From NCBI GenBank assembly GCA_000146045.2, contig BK006937.2, forward strand, positions 96,001 through 160,000: 64,000 bases of DNA, read 5' to 3'. Under the pieces are notes generated by a model. The model was not told the origin of the DNA. It made no database searches and worked only from the letters and a program-made list of their open reading frames with translations. This document shows positions 36,273-47,080 of the stretch, one piece after another; the first letter of the stretch is position 1, and every line of letters begins with the position of its first letter. Source of the stretch: TPA_inf: Saccharomyces. Its lineage: Eukaryota. A program made the position numbers and the translations under genes.

Positions 36273-37124
36273 TTAAAAGATTACCCTTTCAGTAGATGGT
36301 AATGGGAATGGACGAGCCAGTACATATGAATTCTGCTTTGTAGCAACACCTGCATATGCGTTGTACCAAGCAATGAAAGCAACAACAACTCCCAGGACAC
36401 CACCAGCTCTTGTGACACCAAGTCTATTAGCAAAGTGACCAATAGACAACAGTAGGAAAGTTAATGCTAGTAAGAAGAACAACAAAAAGAACATAACAGT
36501 GGATTTCATGGTACAAACGGTTAAACCAAACGTAAAGATGGCCCACCCCAACAAATAAAATCCTAAAGCATTATTCAAATCAGATTCATTGTCTTCGTAA
36601 GCTTCCAAGATACCAAACCAAGGAATGTAAATTGCAGCGAAACTCAACCAAAACCCACCGTAAGAACATAATGCGGTACCACCAAAAGTATTTTCCAAAG
36701 CTATCTCCCAAATACCAGCAATCAATTGCACCAAACCACCATAAAACATAGCACAACCGACGACAACATTAGGAACAGTGATCCCTTGCGCTCTCGCATT
36801 GAACATGGACAGCACAAATGTCGTCAACGCGAAGGCTGAAAGACCTAAGGGCGCAGGATTAGCAAATTTGTGCACTGGAGCAGGAGCTAACCCTGGATTC
36901 AAGGTACCACCAAAGGCTTGGTATAAGTCGCTCTTCAAAAACTTTTGACGCCCAATATAGATATATTCATTGTTATCACCTCCAGTGTAAATCTTGCCCA
37001 ACGAATCATGAGATGGACGTTCATCTTCTGCAACGCCATTAACGTCGTTATCATGGGAACTATAGTATCCTGCTGGTGCATTCTCCAAATCTGTGTTTCC
37101 GCTCGTTTGTTCCTTGTCAGACAT
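36273..37124 (-). CDS. ADY2: Acetate/ammonium transporter of the GPR1/FUN34/YaaH family, six TM
   Basis: The 283 aa length matches memory. The family signature NPAPLGL is present and six hydrophobic helices are visible. Confidence 0.88.
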   Translation of the reverse strand: MSDKEQTSGNTDLENAPAGYYSSHDNDVNGVAEDERPSHDSLGKIYTGGDNNEYIYIGRQKFLKSDLYQAFGGTLNPGLAPAPVHKFANPAPLGLSAFALTTFVLSMFNARAQGITVPNVVVGCAMFYGGLVQLIAGIWEIALENTFGGTALCSYGGFWLSFAAIYIPWFGILEAYEDNESDLNNALGFYLLGWAIFTFGLTVCTMKSTVMFFLLFFLLALTFLLLSIGHFANRLGVTRAGGVLGVVVAFIAWYNAYAGVATKQNSYVLARPFPLPSTERVIF

Positions 37125-37723
37125 ATTATTTGTTTGTATATGAGTTGTTTTGTGGTTGTTTAGTTATATCTGTGTTAGCTGTCGACTATTTGCCTTTTTC
37201 TTATAAACAGATGCTAGTAGTTTCTGTTGTATTGTTATTGCTATTGGACGATATATAAAATGAACCTATAGCAAGATCTCAGGGAAATACGATCCAACCA
37301 AGGTGCTTTATATACAGCTTGGTGTCTCTGACAGGTTGGAGTACAGAGGAGAAGGCGCCATAGCCGCCCAACCCGCGATAACGAAAAAAAGCTGTAAGAA
37401 AATGCAGTCTTCCCCAACGTTTGTTACCCCAACAATACCGAAATAGCCGCCCAACCGCAAATCTGGCAAAAAATCTTTTCGTATCTCGCTGCAGATGACC
37501 TTCCAACCCGCCCCTTTTTGTAGTCACGCCTTTAAGGGCCCTTGTTTGGCTTGCTCACATGGGGCTACACGTAAAAACCGTAGCTTGGAGAACCACTCAG
37601 CCGCTCGCCTATTCCACGGAGCTCCGGATCAACGGGCAGTGGACCCTCTCGAAAATAAGGAAAGTTGCGGGGCCAAAAATTATTATTTCTTATGTAAAAG
37701 AAGAGACTATATACGACGCCTAT

Positions 37724-40700
37724 CTACTTTTGTTCCACAACTATCCACTTAAGGGCTAGATACCCCATTATTAAAAACACCACATTAAACAGAGCCAGGA
37801 TCTTGATGTCAAATACAAGGTTTTGGACAACAAATCCAAATGTGCTCAAGATAGTAGCGCCTGGAACTTCAATATTTAAGCCGTACTTTCTCTCTTTCAG
37901 CATCAATGTTTTGACCTCATTGATCAATAAAGATTCGTAGGCGTAGTAAAACACAGAGAAGTTTTTCAGGTACTTGAAGGCCACGTTTGTAATATTCTTA
38001 GTATTGATAAATAGTCCGCTAAACAGTAGTGAGCCCAAAAGCACCAGCACGCTTAATATTATGGAGTTATTCAAGTCTTCAAAAATTATGCCGATGGTTA
38101 GGATTTCCAACGATATCCCAAGGTTAAACAGTATAAGGATTCCAATACATTTAAAAAAAGCATTGTCTTTCATGTTTAAACCAGTCATTGGGTAAACAAT
38201 CAATGACAAGAGTATAGGTGGTACAACACGTAGCGGGACCACTTCGCTCATTATCTTACTAATGTAGTATGCAAGTGGCGAGTAATAGTTATTGGATCTT
38301 TCTTTTATGAAAATGATCCTTTCCAGAGCGAACGAGCTGAGACCTGTGAATGTAACAAAACCGAAGTACGTTAGTATAAAGAAGAACAGCCCCATTCTGT
38401 TCTGAAAACCGCTGATATCATTGGAGACGTTGTAATATAGTGTTCCCAAGAATAAACTCAATAGGATCGTCAGTAAATAATTACCCAATAATAGTTTAGG
38501 GTTTCTGTACATGTTTTTAAAACTTCTTGAATTCAATATCGATAACTGTTGCAGAAAACCAGCAGATTGTTGACCTGTGGGTAAATCTCCATTCAAAACG
38601 TTACTTTCCTCATCACCTTCGCTTAAAACTTCCTCGATCTCCTGTGAAAGCTCTGCATAATAGACGCTATCTTTATATTTATCGTGTAGTAGTTTGGTAT
38701 TTAAGTCAATCTCAGTAGCACCTCGCCTTCCATCTGTTCCCTCTACATCTTCTTCATCTCTGAGTAAAGATCTGATCTCATCTCTATGAGCTGCAAGATG
38801 AGCCCACTCTCTCTGTGTTGTACCATCACTGCTAGTAAATGTTGTTTGGTGTATCGTATTATCAATATCGTTAGTATCCGTACCAGCTTCTAAATCGGAA
38901 ATGTTTCTGATTCTTCTCCTTTTCCCCTGAGGACCGGCTTCAAAAGTAATATCAATCAAATAATCAGCAATATTATAGTTGTCCGGACAGATATATCCCT
39001 CATTTCTCAAAAATTCTGACACTTTTTTGGCATTTCCGGAATAGACCATCTCACCTTTACTTAACAGGACCAATTTATCGAATAAATAAAATATATTTGA
39101 TCTTGGCTGATGAATAGATAGCACCAATGTCCTGTTATAGTCGCTGGATAACCTTACCAAACATTCAATAACATTATTGGCATTACTAGCATCTAAACCA
39201 GATGTAGGTTCATCCAAAAATAAAACCAATGGAGATGTCACTAATTCACATGCAATGGAAACTCGGCGTTTTTCACCTCCACTAATACCACGATCAAATT
39301 CATTACCAATAATACGATCTTTGATATCAATAATTCTTAGTTCTTCCAACACCTTATAAACTCTTGCCTTCTTGGCCTCGAATGACAATGCTTTTGGCAA
39401 TCTTAACAGCGCACTATTTAATACGGTTTCAAAAACAGTCAAAGTGGGCAGCAAAAAGTCATCTTGATCGACGAACCCGATTATTTTCGAGAAAGATTTA
39501 CGGTCCATACTAATACCGTTAACTTTTATGGAACCCGAAACGTGACCTGTTTTCCGTTTCATTGCTAGGATATCTAATAAAGTAGTTTTACCCGCACCAG
39601 ATCCACCCATGATAGCTAATATTTGGCCGGGCTTCACGATACCACTTATTTCATTCAGCACAGTTTCTTCAACACCATCTGAATTTATCGAGGGGACACT
39701 ATAAGTGATATTTTCAAAACTTAATGTCGCCAGTGTGTCATCTTCATTTTGTAAGAAATTATTCACCGCATCTTCATCTGGCAAACGAATGGGAGACTTT
39801 GAGGAACCCAATCCATTTCTGAATAACGGAGATTTAGAAATGTAAAAGGTAGCAAATGTAAAAAGTGCCAGGACCATCACAGCAGTCAATGCCAACACCA
39901 ATTTCCCTTGCCATGACACTGTTGGATCTTTTGAAGGAGATTTGTAACCTGGAATCTCACTATAATGAACACATTCACCGGATTCACACTTCAAAGTAAT
40001 ATAAGGGTCACCAAACACGGTCAATATCAAATCATTCATAGAAGGCTCACTGAATTTACATTGCCTTGTTTCTAAATCACAGCTGAAATCTCCTGGCCCT
40101 TTTATTGTCTCTGTCAGGAAATCCGAGATATCTATAGACCCCTTAGCACCACACAACACAGTGTCGGGAACGCATTTGCATTGAACGTCATTACACTTAT
40201 AATGGGAGGTATTCTGTTCCAAGTCGTATTCAAAGGCACAATCACTTAAGCCACAATAGAAGCTTTCTAACTGATCTATCCAAAACTGAAAATTACATTC
40301 TTGATTAGGTTTATCACAGGCAAATGTAATTTGTGGTATTTTGCCGTTCAAAATCTGTAGAATTTTCTCATTGGTCACATTACAACCTGAAAATACTTTA
40401 TCTACAATCATACCATTCTTATAACATGTCCCCTTAATACTAGGATCAGGCATGAACGCATCACAGACAAAATCTTCTTGACAAACGTCACAATTGATCC
40501 CTCCCCATCCGTTATCACAATGACAGGTGTCATTTTGTGCTCTTATGGGACGATCCTTATTACCGCTTTCATCCGGTGATAGACCGCCACAGAGGGGCAG
40601 AGAGCAATCATCACCTGCAAACCCTTCTATACACTCACATCTACCAGTGTACGAATTGCATTCAGAAAACTGTTTGCATTCAAAAATAGGTAGCATACAA

Positions 40701-40873
40701 TTAAAACATGGCGGGCATGTATCATTGCCCTTATCTTGTGCAGTTAGACGCGAATTTTTCGAAGAAGTACCTTCAAAGAATGGGGTCTTATCTTGTTTTG
40801 CAAGTACCACTGAGCAGGATAATAATAGAAATGATAATATACTATAGTAGAGATAACGTCGATGACTTCCCAT
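37724..40873 (-). CDS. ADP1: ABC transporter of the ABCG/White type with an N-terminal signal peptide, a cysteine-rich EGF-like ectodomain, an extra TM, an NBD and a 6-TM domain
   Basis: The 1049 aa length matches memory. The translation shows a signal peptide (LSFLLLSCSVVLA), an EGF-like region (CxCxxGFxGxxC), Walker A GGSGAGKTT, the ABC signature ISGGEKRRVSIA, Walker B LVLFLDEPTSGLD, and a C-terminal polytopic domain. Confidence 0.9.
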   Translation of the reverse strand: MGSHRRYLYYSILSFLLLSCSVVLAKQDKTPFFEGTSSKNSRLTAQDKGNDTCPPCFNCMLPIFECKQFSECNSYTGRCECIEGFAGDDCSLPLCGGLSPDESGNKDRPIRAQNDTCHCDNGWGGINCDVCQEDFVCDAFMPDPSIKGTCYKNGMIVDKVFSGCNVTNEKILQILNGKIPQITFACDKPNQECNFQFWIDQLESFYCGLSDCAFEYDLEQNTSHYKCNDVQCKCVPDTVLCGAKGSIDISDFLTETIKGPGDFSCDLETRQCKFSEPSMNDLILTVFGDPYITLKCESGECVHYSEIPGYKSPSKDPTVSWQGKLVLALTAVMVLALFTFATFYISKSPLFRNGLGSSKSPIRLPDEDAVNNFLQNEDDTLATLSFENITYSVPSINSDGVEETVLNEISGIVKPGQILAIMGGSGAGKTTLLDILAMKRKTGHVSGSIKVNGISMDRKSFSKIIGFVDQDDFLLPTLTVFETVLNSALLRLPKALSFEAKKARVYKVLEELRIIDIKDRIIGNEFDRGISGGEKRRVSIACELVTSPLVLFLDEPTSGLDASNANNVIECLVRLSSDYNRTLVLSIHQPRSNIFYLFDKLVLLSKGEMVYSGNAKKVSEFLRNEGYICPDNYNIADYLIDITFEAGPQGKRRRIRNISDLEAGTDTNDIDNTIHQTTFTSSDGTTQREWAHLAAHRDEIRSLLRDEEDVEGTDGRRGATEIDLNTKLLHDKYKDSVYYAELSQEIEEVLSEGDEESNVLNGDLPTGQQSAGFLQQLSILNSRSFKNMYRNPKLLLGNYLLTILLSLFLGTLYYNVSNDISGFQNRMGLFFFILTYFGFVTFTGLSSFALERIIFIKERSNNYYSPLAYYISKIMSEVVPLRVVPPILLSLIVYPMTGLNMKDNAFFKCIGILILFNLGISLEILTIGIIFEDLNNSIILSVLVLLGSLLFSGLFINTKNITNVAFKYLKNFSVFYYAYESLLINEVKTLMLKERKYGLNIEVPGATILSTFGFVVQNLVFDIKILALFNVVFLIMGYLALKWIVVEQK

Positions 40874-41270
40874 ACTGTAATTGCTTTTAGTTGTGTATTT
40901 TTAGTGTGCAAGTTTCTGTAAATCGATTAATTTTTTTTTCTTTCCTCTTTTTATTAACCTTAATTTTTATTTTAGATTCCTGACTTCAACTCAAGACGCA
41001 CAGATATTATAACATCTGCATAATAGGCATTTGCAAGAATTACTCGTGAGTAAGGAAAGAGTGAGGAACTATCGCATACCTGCATTTAAAGATGCCGATT
41101 TGGGCGCGAATCCTTTATTTTGGCTTCACCCTCATACTATTATCAGGGCCAGAAAAAGGAAGTGTTTCCCTCCTTCTTGAATTGATGTTACCCTCATAAA
41201 GCACGTGGCCTCTTATCGAGAAAGAAATTACCGTCGCTCGTGATTTGTTTGCAAAAAGAACAAAACTGAA

Positions 41271-41320
41271 AAAACCCAGACACGCTCGACTTCCTGTCTT
41301 CCTATTGATTGCAGCTTCCA
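41271..41320. promoter_or_regulatory. PGK1 UAS: Rap1-type site ACCCAGACACGC at 41275..41286 followed by three CTTCC (Gcr1 CT-box) repeats at 41290..41294, 41298..41302 and 41315..41319
   Basis: The motifs are read directly from the sequence about 430 to 470 bp upstream of the PGK1 ATG. This matches the published organisation of the PGK activator core. A TATA element TATATATAAA lies at 41593..41603. Confidence 0.7.
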
Positions 41321-41745
41321 ATTTCGTCACACAACAAGGTCCTAGCGACGGCTCACAGGTTTTGTAACAAGCAATCGAAGGTTCTGGAATGGCGGGAAAG
41401 GGTTTAGTACCACATGCTATGATGCCCACTGTGATCTCCAGAGCAAAGTTCGTTCGATCGTACTGTTACTCTCTCTCTTTCAAACAGAATTGTCCGAATC
41501 GTGTGACAACAACAGCCTGTTCTCACACACTCTTTTCTTCTAACCAAGGGGGTGGTTTAGTTTAGTAGAACCTCGTGAAACTTACATTTACATATATATA
41601 AACTTGCATAAATTGGTCAATGCAAGAAATACATATTTGGTCTTTTCTAATTCGTAGTTTTTCAAGTTCTTAGATGCTTTCTTTTTCTCTTTTTTACAGA
41701 TCATCAAGGAAGTAATTATCTACTTTTTACAACAAATATAAAACA

Positions 41746-42996
41746 ATGTCTTTATCTTCAAAGTTGTCTGTCCAAGATTTGGACTTGAAGGACAAGCGTG
41801 TCTTCATCAGAGTTGACTTCAACGTCCCATTGGACGGTAAGAAGATCACTTCTAACCAAAGAATTGTTGCTGCTTTGCCAACCATCAAGTACGTTTTGGA
41901 ACACCACCCAAGATACGTTGTCTTGGCTTCTCACTTGGGTAGACCAAACGGTGAAAGAAACGAAAAATACTCTTTGGCTCCAGTTGCTAAGGAATTGCAA
42001 TCATTGTTGGGTAAGGATGTCACCTTCTTGAACGACTGTGTCGGTCCAGAAGTTGAAGCCGCTGTCAAGGCTTCTGCCCCAGGTTCCGTTATTTTGTTGG
42101 AAAACTTGCGTTACCACATCGAAGAAGAAGGTTCCAGAAAGGTCGATGGTCAAAAGGTCAAGGCTTCCAAGGAAGATGTTCAAAAGTTCAGACACGAATT
42201 GAGCTCTTTGGCTGATGTTTACATCAACGATGCCTTCGGTACCGCTCACAGAGCTCACTCTTCTATGGTCGGTTTCGACTTGCCACAACGTGCTGCCGGT
42301 TTCTTGTTGGAAAAGGAATTGAAGTACTTCGGTAAGGCTTTGGAGAACCCAACCAGACCATTCTTGGCCATCTTAGGTGGTGCCAAGGTTGCTGACAAGA
42401 TTCAATTGATTGACAACTTGTTGGACAAGGTCGACTCTATCATCATTGGTGGTGGTATGGCTTTCACCTTCAAGAAGGTTTTGGAAAACACTGAAATCGG
42501 TGACTCCATCTTCGACAAGGCTGGTGCTGAAATCGTTCCAAAGTTGATGGAAAAGGCCAAGGCCAAGGGTGTCGAAGTCGTCTTGCCAGTCGACTTCATC
42601 ATTGCTGATGCTTTCTCTGCTGATGCCAACACCAAGACTGTCACTGACAAGGAAGGTATTCCAGCTGGCTGGCAAGGGTTGGACAATGGTCCAGAATCTA
42701 GAAAGTTGTTTGCTGCTACTGTTGCAAAGGCTAAGACCATTGTCTGGAACGGTCCACCAGGTGTTTTCGAATTCGAAAAGTTCGCTGCTGGTACTAAGGC
42801 TTTGTTAGACGAAGTTGTCAAGAGCTCTGCTGCTGGTAACACCGTCATCATTGGTGGTGGTGACACTGCCACTGTCGCTAAGAAGTACGGTGTCACTGAC
42901 AAGATCTCCCATGTCTCTACTGGTGGTGGTGCTTCTTTGGAATTATTGGAAGGTAAGGAATTGCCAGGTGTTGCTTTCTTATCCGAAAAGAAATAA
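41746..42996 (+). CDS. PGK1: 3-phosphoglycerate kinase
   Basis: The 416-aa translation ([33 protein letters not shown]...) is the yeast Pgk1 sequence. The ORF shows extreme codon bias (TTG, GGT, AAG, GCT, TTC, GTC almost exclusively), consistent with a highly expressed glycolytic gene. Confidence 0.98.
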
Positions 42997-43184
42997 ATTG
43001 AATTGAATTGAAATCGATAGATCAATTTTTTTCTTTTCTCTTTCCCCATCCTTTACGCTAAAATAATAGTTTATTTTATTTTTTGAATATTTTTTATTTA
43101 TATACGTATATATAGACTATTATTTATCTTTTAATGATTATTAAGATTTTTATTAAAAAAAAATTCGCTCCTCTTTTAATGCCT

Positions 43185-44933
43185 TTATGCAGTTTTTTTT
43201 TCCCATTCGATATTTCTATGTTCGGGTTCAGCGTATTTTAAGTTTAATAACTCGAAAATTCTGCGTTCGTTAAAGCTTTCGAGAAGGATATTATTTCGAA
43301 ATAAACCGTGTTGTGTAAGCTTGAAGCCTTTTTGCGCTGCCAATATTCTTATCCATCTATTGTACTCTTTAGATCCAGTATAGTGTATTCTTCCTGCTCC
43401 AAGCTCATCCCACTTGCAACAAAAAAAGTCTAATCTTCTGCAATAATTTCCATCCTTGGCATTCAGAGACATATATTGGTCAATCGGTTTTAATTTTGTT
43501 TCTTCTTCTTCTTCTTCTTCAATTAACAATGTGCCTTCATCATTTTTCATTTCTTTCAGTTCTTCTAATTCTCTTGGAGACAATTTGACTCCCATGAAAA
43601 ATTTCTTGATTATCTCAGAAGAATACCACCTCTTTCTTTCTCCATACCCAACAATCTTCGCTGTACGAAATCTCTCCACTATTCTTTTTAAGAATAGCTT
43701 TTCCAAGTTTGGCGTTAGCTGTAAAAAACAATGGATATAGCCATCCTTGTACAACTTAATACAAAGCGTTTCCATGATTTTTGCCAACTCGGTCGTGTCA
43801 TTACAAAACGGCTTGAAAAATAAAAGATCAATGTCACCACACTTGGAATAGCCCCTATTATAACTTCCCTGTAATTCGACTTGGCATTCAGGATCAATGC
43901 CACGCAGCGCTTTTTGAACCTTCTTTAAATGTGTGAAACATTCATTCCGAGACATCTTGCATAACCAATCGTCGTAATATGACCAACCAAATAAAATTGT
44001 CCAATCTGATACAAACTCCTCTGGGTCCTTCTTAGCTGCAACACAAAAGCTTTCAAAATTTAGAAGATTCCAGCGTTTAGCAATTTCCGACCCAATGCCG
44101 TAACAATTTTTGAAGTATTTCAACTTGTCTTCTAATCCCACTGAATCATTTAAACCTGGTAAAACTCCCGTATCTAATATAACTTGTATTTTTTTGGCAA
44201 TACTAGGCCCGATATTCCTTAATTTAGTATGTGCTTCTTCACCGGAACGAACATTGAAATCGCAATTTTCCATCGACTGTTTAGCCAGTCTATAACTTCT
44301 TGCACGAAATTTCTCACCTTCGATCTCATATTTTTTTGTTAACCTTTTCAACGCTCCGATAATCAATTCATTGTTTTTGTACTTCGTTTTGTCAGTAACA
44401 AGGGAAGCTCTTCCTTTATCCCCCTGTAAGAGTCGCTTAAGAGGTTTTGAAGCTTGTATCATATCTTTATTGTTGCTGTCATCATTCCTTTCACTTTCTA
44501 CGTCAGTTGAAATCTCACTCTCTTTATCAGTAGAACTTTGTCCGTCATCAGCGTTATCTGATATAACGATAATGGATGGTTGAAATTTAATCAAATCATC
44601 TTTTTGAAACGCAAATTTATCATTCTGGACCCACTTTGTGATGCAACTGGTTTTCACACATTGAATGCCTGACTGTTCAATCTTACCAAGAAATTCATCG
44701 ACATCATTTAAGCCTGCTTCCCTTTGGAAAATATCTTTCTGAGTCAAATGCATATCAGAATCAACAAAGGAGTCCTCAATCAAAATGACCACTTCCTTAC
44801 GGCTAGATTGAAGACAATTTTGAATACTTGACACAATTGTGGCGCCCTTTTTCTCCAATATACTCTTAAAGAACTTATTGGAAGATGTGTTAGGATTAGG
44901 TAAAAAGGCGAAAAATTTACCCTTTAGAGACAT
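43185..44933 (-). CDS. POL4: DNA polymerase IV (Pol X family, Pol lambda-like) with an N-terminal BRCT domain
   Basis: The 582 aa length matches memory. The Pol X palm motifs GSYNRGYSKCGDIDLLF are visible (the catalytic D..D is within DIDLL), and there is an N-terminal BRCT-like region. Confidence 0.88.
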   Translation of the reverse strand: MSLKGKFFAFLPNPNTSSNKFFKSILEKKGATIVSSIQNCLQSSRKEVVILIEDSFVDSDMHLTQKDIFQREAGLNDVDEFLGKIEQSGIQCVKTSCITKWVQNDKFAFQKDDLIKFQPSIIVISDNADDGQSSTDKESEISTDVESERNDDSNNKDMIQASKPLKRLLQGDKGRASLVTDKTKYKNNELIIGALKRLTKKYEIEGEKFRARSYRLAKQSMENCDFNVRSGEEAHTKLRNIGPSIAKKIQVILDTGVLPGLNDSVGLEDKLKYFKNCYGIGSEIAKRWNLLNFESFCVAAKKDPEEFVSDWTILFGWSYYDDWLCKMSRNECFTHLKKVQKALRGIDPECQVELQGSYNRGYSKCGDIDLLFFKPFCNDTTELAKIMETLCIKLYKDGYIHCFLQLTPNLEKLFLKRIVERFRTAKIVGYGERKRWYSSEIIKKFFMGVKLSPRELEELKEMKNDEGTLLIEEEEEEETKLKPIDQYMSLNAKDGNYCRRLDFFCCKWDELGAGRIHYTGSKEYNRWIRILAAQKGFKLTQHGLFRNNILLESFNERRIFELLNLKYAEPEHRNIEWEKKTA

Positions 44934-45216
44934 GTGCGATTTGTCTAACAGGTCGCATGTTTATCCTTTACTTATTATCACTGTGACATATAAGTTCTTT
45001 GCAAGCCCTTAAAATTATTAGCCCCATGTATTTGAACATCTCAAAGTAATTTTAGACCGAGACCGATTACGGAGATAGAAGAATAGTGCAAGTGAAATAC
45101 TATTTTATCTTTACTTAAAAAAGAAAAAACAGGAGGAAAATTAGCGGTATTCCATTATTATTAGCACTGCAACGTCCTGGTTATATAAATTTGAATATAC
45201 AGGATTTCATCCGTTT

Positions 45217-46170
45217 CTACATTTTTGTTACCTGCATGATCAAATCTTTTAAAGAGTCCCAGGATTTCACAAGGTAGGCACCTTTACCGCCTTCCTTTTC
45301 ACAAAACTGTAACCACGCTGGACCATTATCAGCTTCAAAACTCGAGATTTTATCCTTTGGGATACCAATAATCTTTTCGGTAATTTTTATGAATTTGGAA
45401 GGATTTTCTTGCGGGTTTATTAGCAGTACACCATTAGTAGATGGATGTAATATGGACAACAAGTCAGTCTCACTATCCCCTATATACCAATAGCTGCAAG
45501 AATTTCCTTCTTTATTGCAACCTGAGTCGATCTTATCTAATATTTCACCCAGTATCTTGACCTTATCAGAGCCTGTCAATAACCGACAATCAAATTCACC
45601 ATTGTAGCTTTGAGAACACTTGTCACTAACTTTTTTTAGATCGTTACAAAAAATATGACTATTTTTAAGTCTTCTGTCACCAATGACTTCATGAATAAAC
45701 TCTTTTGACCAATTTATAGATAAAACGTAAAAATCACTTTCAAAATTTTTGACAACTGAAGAGCAAAACGTTTTGAAACCATCTCTTAGTAAACAATCTT
45801 CGTGATTCTGATCTCTGGCGAACGTTTTCATTTGATCCAAAGAAATCGACTTAAAAATCTGTTGTTTTGTAATTTCATTTACACTATTTAACTCAACAAC
45901 CCTGTTATGATTTTGATATTTTAATTCGTCCGCAAACAACTTATTGAAGTTAGACTGCGAAATTATCGTAGGTACGCCTGAAGATAACAACGGCAGTGAT
46001 CTCGTTCCATTGTATTTGTATTTATGGTATCCGTCCATATATGTCTTGGTAAAATGACCCCACTCAGGTTTCAACCGCGGGTTCAGTAGATACGGTAATT
46101 TAGCAATGGTGCAGATTGTGTCAACTCTTGTGATTGTTTCATCAAAATCTGAAATAATAATGGTTTTCAT
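45217..46170 (-). CDS. YCR015C: HAD-superfamily hydrolase-like protein of unknown function
   Basis: The internal Met at MKTIIISDFDETITR gives 317 aa. The HAD motif I DxDxT (DFDET) lies at the N-terminus. Confidence 0.7.
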   Translation of the reverse strand: MKTIIISDFDETITRVDTICTIAKLPYLLNPRLKPEWGHFTKTYMDGYHKYKYNGTRSLPLLSSGVPTIISQSNFNKLFADELKYQNHNRVVELNSVNEITKQQIFKSISLDQMKTFARDQNHEDCLLRDGFKTFCSSVVKNFESDFYVLSINWSKEFIHEVIGDRRLKNSHIFCNDLKKVSDKCSQSYNGEFDCRLLTGSDKVKILGEILDKIDSGCNKEGNSCSYWYIGDSETDLLSILHPSTNGVLLINPQENPSKFIKITEKIIGIPKDKISSFEADNGPAWLQFCEKEGGKGAYLVKSWDSLKDLIMQVTKM

Positions 46171-46700
46171 ATCCTCCACTGTTCGCTTCTGGTTACTGCA
46201 ATTGTTAAATGCATTGGCTCGATTGTCAACATTGCTTTGTGCGAAGAAAGGTCGCTTTTAAAGAAAACGATAAGAACTAACCTCTAACTACATAATAATA
46301 AGAAAAAAGTATACAGATAAACAAGCTCAGTAGTAATACATAAAATAAAAAGTTTTGCAAATCGATTGTCCACACACTTCTATATCAATTCCAACTAAGA
46401 AAACGAAGGAACCGACTCAAACCGGTGTAAAAGCTAGGCTTTCAATCTCTGCTCCTCCAAACAAAACTAGTGCTTGATATCACATCCAATTAAATTACGT
46501 AAATAATTTTAGAGTGACACCATCGTACAAAGAGGGCATTAAGCTTATTTTTTTAATTCTTATGAAAAAAAAAATGTGAAAGAGAGTAGAAAATTTTCAT
46601 AACGAATCTCTTCTATTCTTATGTACCGTTCCGCCAAATTTTTCATGAAAAAATTTGGGAAAAAGAAAAAAAAAAAAAATAGTATATAAAGTAAAAAAGA

Positions 46701-46771
46701 TGCGCAAGCCCGGAATCGAACCGGGGGCCCAACGATGGCAACGTTGGATTTTACCACTAAACCACTTGCGC
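46701..46771 (-). tRNA. tG(GCC)C: tRNA-Gly (anticodon GCC)
   Basis: The reverse complement reads GCGCAAGTGGTTTAGTGGTAAAATCCAACGTTGCCATCGTTGGGCCCCCGGTTCGATTCCGGGCTTGCGCA. The B-box GGTTCGATTCC is present and the anticodon is GCC. A T-tract lies on the coding strand downstream (lower coordinates). Confidence 0.92.
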
Positions 46772-46811
46772 TAGTAATCTTGATACATGATTCGAGAAAA
46801 GCAACAATATT

Positions 46812-47080
46812 ATGTATACGGAATATACTAGGAGTTCTCTTCAAGGATAGAGGAATCCTCAAAATGGAATCCATATTTCTACATACTAATATTACGATTA
46901 TCCCTTCTTCTATTTTATATGTTTCATTATCCTATTACATTATCAATCCTTGCACTTCAGCTTCCTCTAACTTCGATGACAGCTTCTCATAACTTATGTC
47001 ATCATCTTAACACCGTATATGATAATATATTGATAATATAACTATTAGTTGATAGACGATAGTGGATTTCTATTCCAACA
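46812..47080 (-). mobile_element. 5'-truncated Ty1 delta LTR of about 270 bp, inverted, starting about 40 bp upstream of tG(GCC)
   Basis: The element ends ...GATAGTGGATTTCTATTCCAACA and contains GGAATCCTCAAAATGGAATCCATATTTCTACATACTAATATTACG. It shares about 90% identity by eye with the delta at 28134..28465 over the shared part. Confidence 0.85.

Noticed and set aside
37279-37759. Several 60 to 85 aa ORFs on both strands in the GC-rich ADY2-ADP1 intergenic block
   Set aside because: Higher GC lowers stop-codon frequency and yields chance ORFs. They overlap one another and encode Arg/Gly/Pro-rich junk, so the block is treated as regulatory.
42402-43049. 215-aa ORF antisense to PGK1 (plus further antisense ORFs at 41758..42000, 42001..42288 and 42373..42675)
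   Set aside because: It lies entirely inside the PGK1 CDS on the opposite strand. It is explained by PGK1's extreme codon bias removing antisense stop codons. The translation is low-complexity with no domain features.
46560-46874. 104-aa minus-strand ORF spanning tG(GCC) and the adjacent delta
   Set aside because: It overlaps a tRNA gene and an LTR, and the translation is poly-F low-complexity from a T-tract. It is not a gene.
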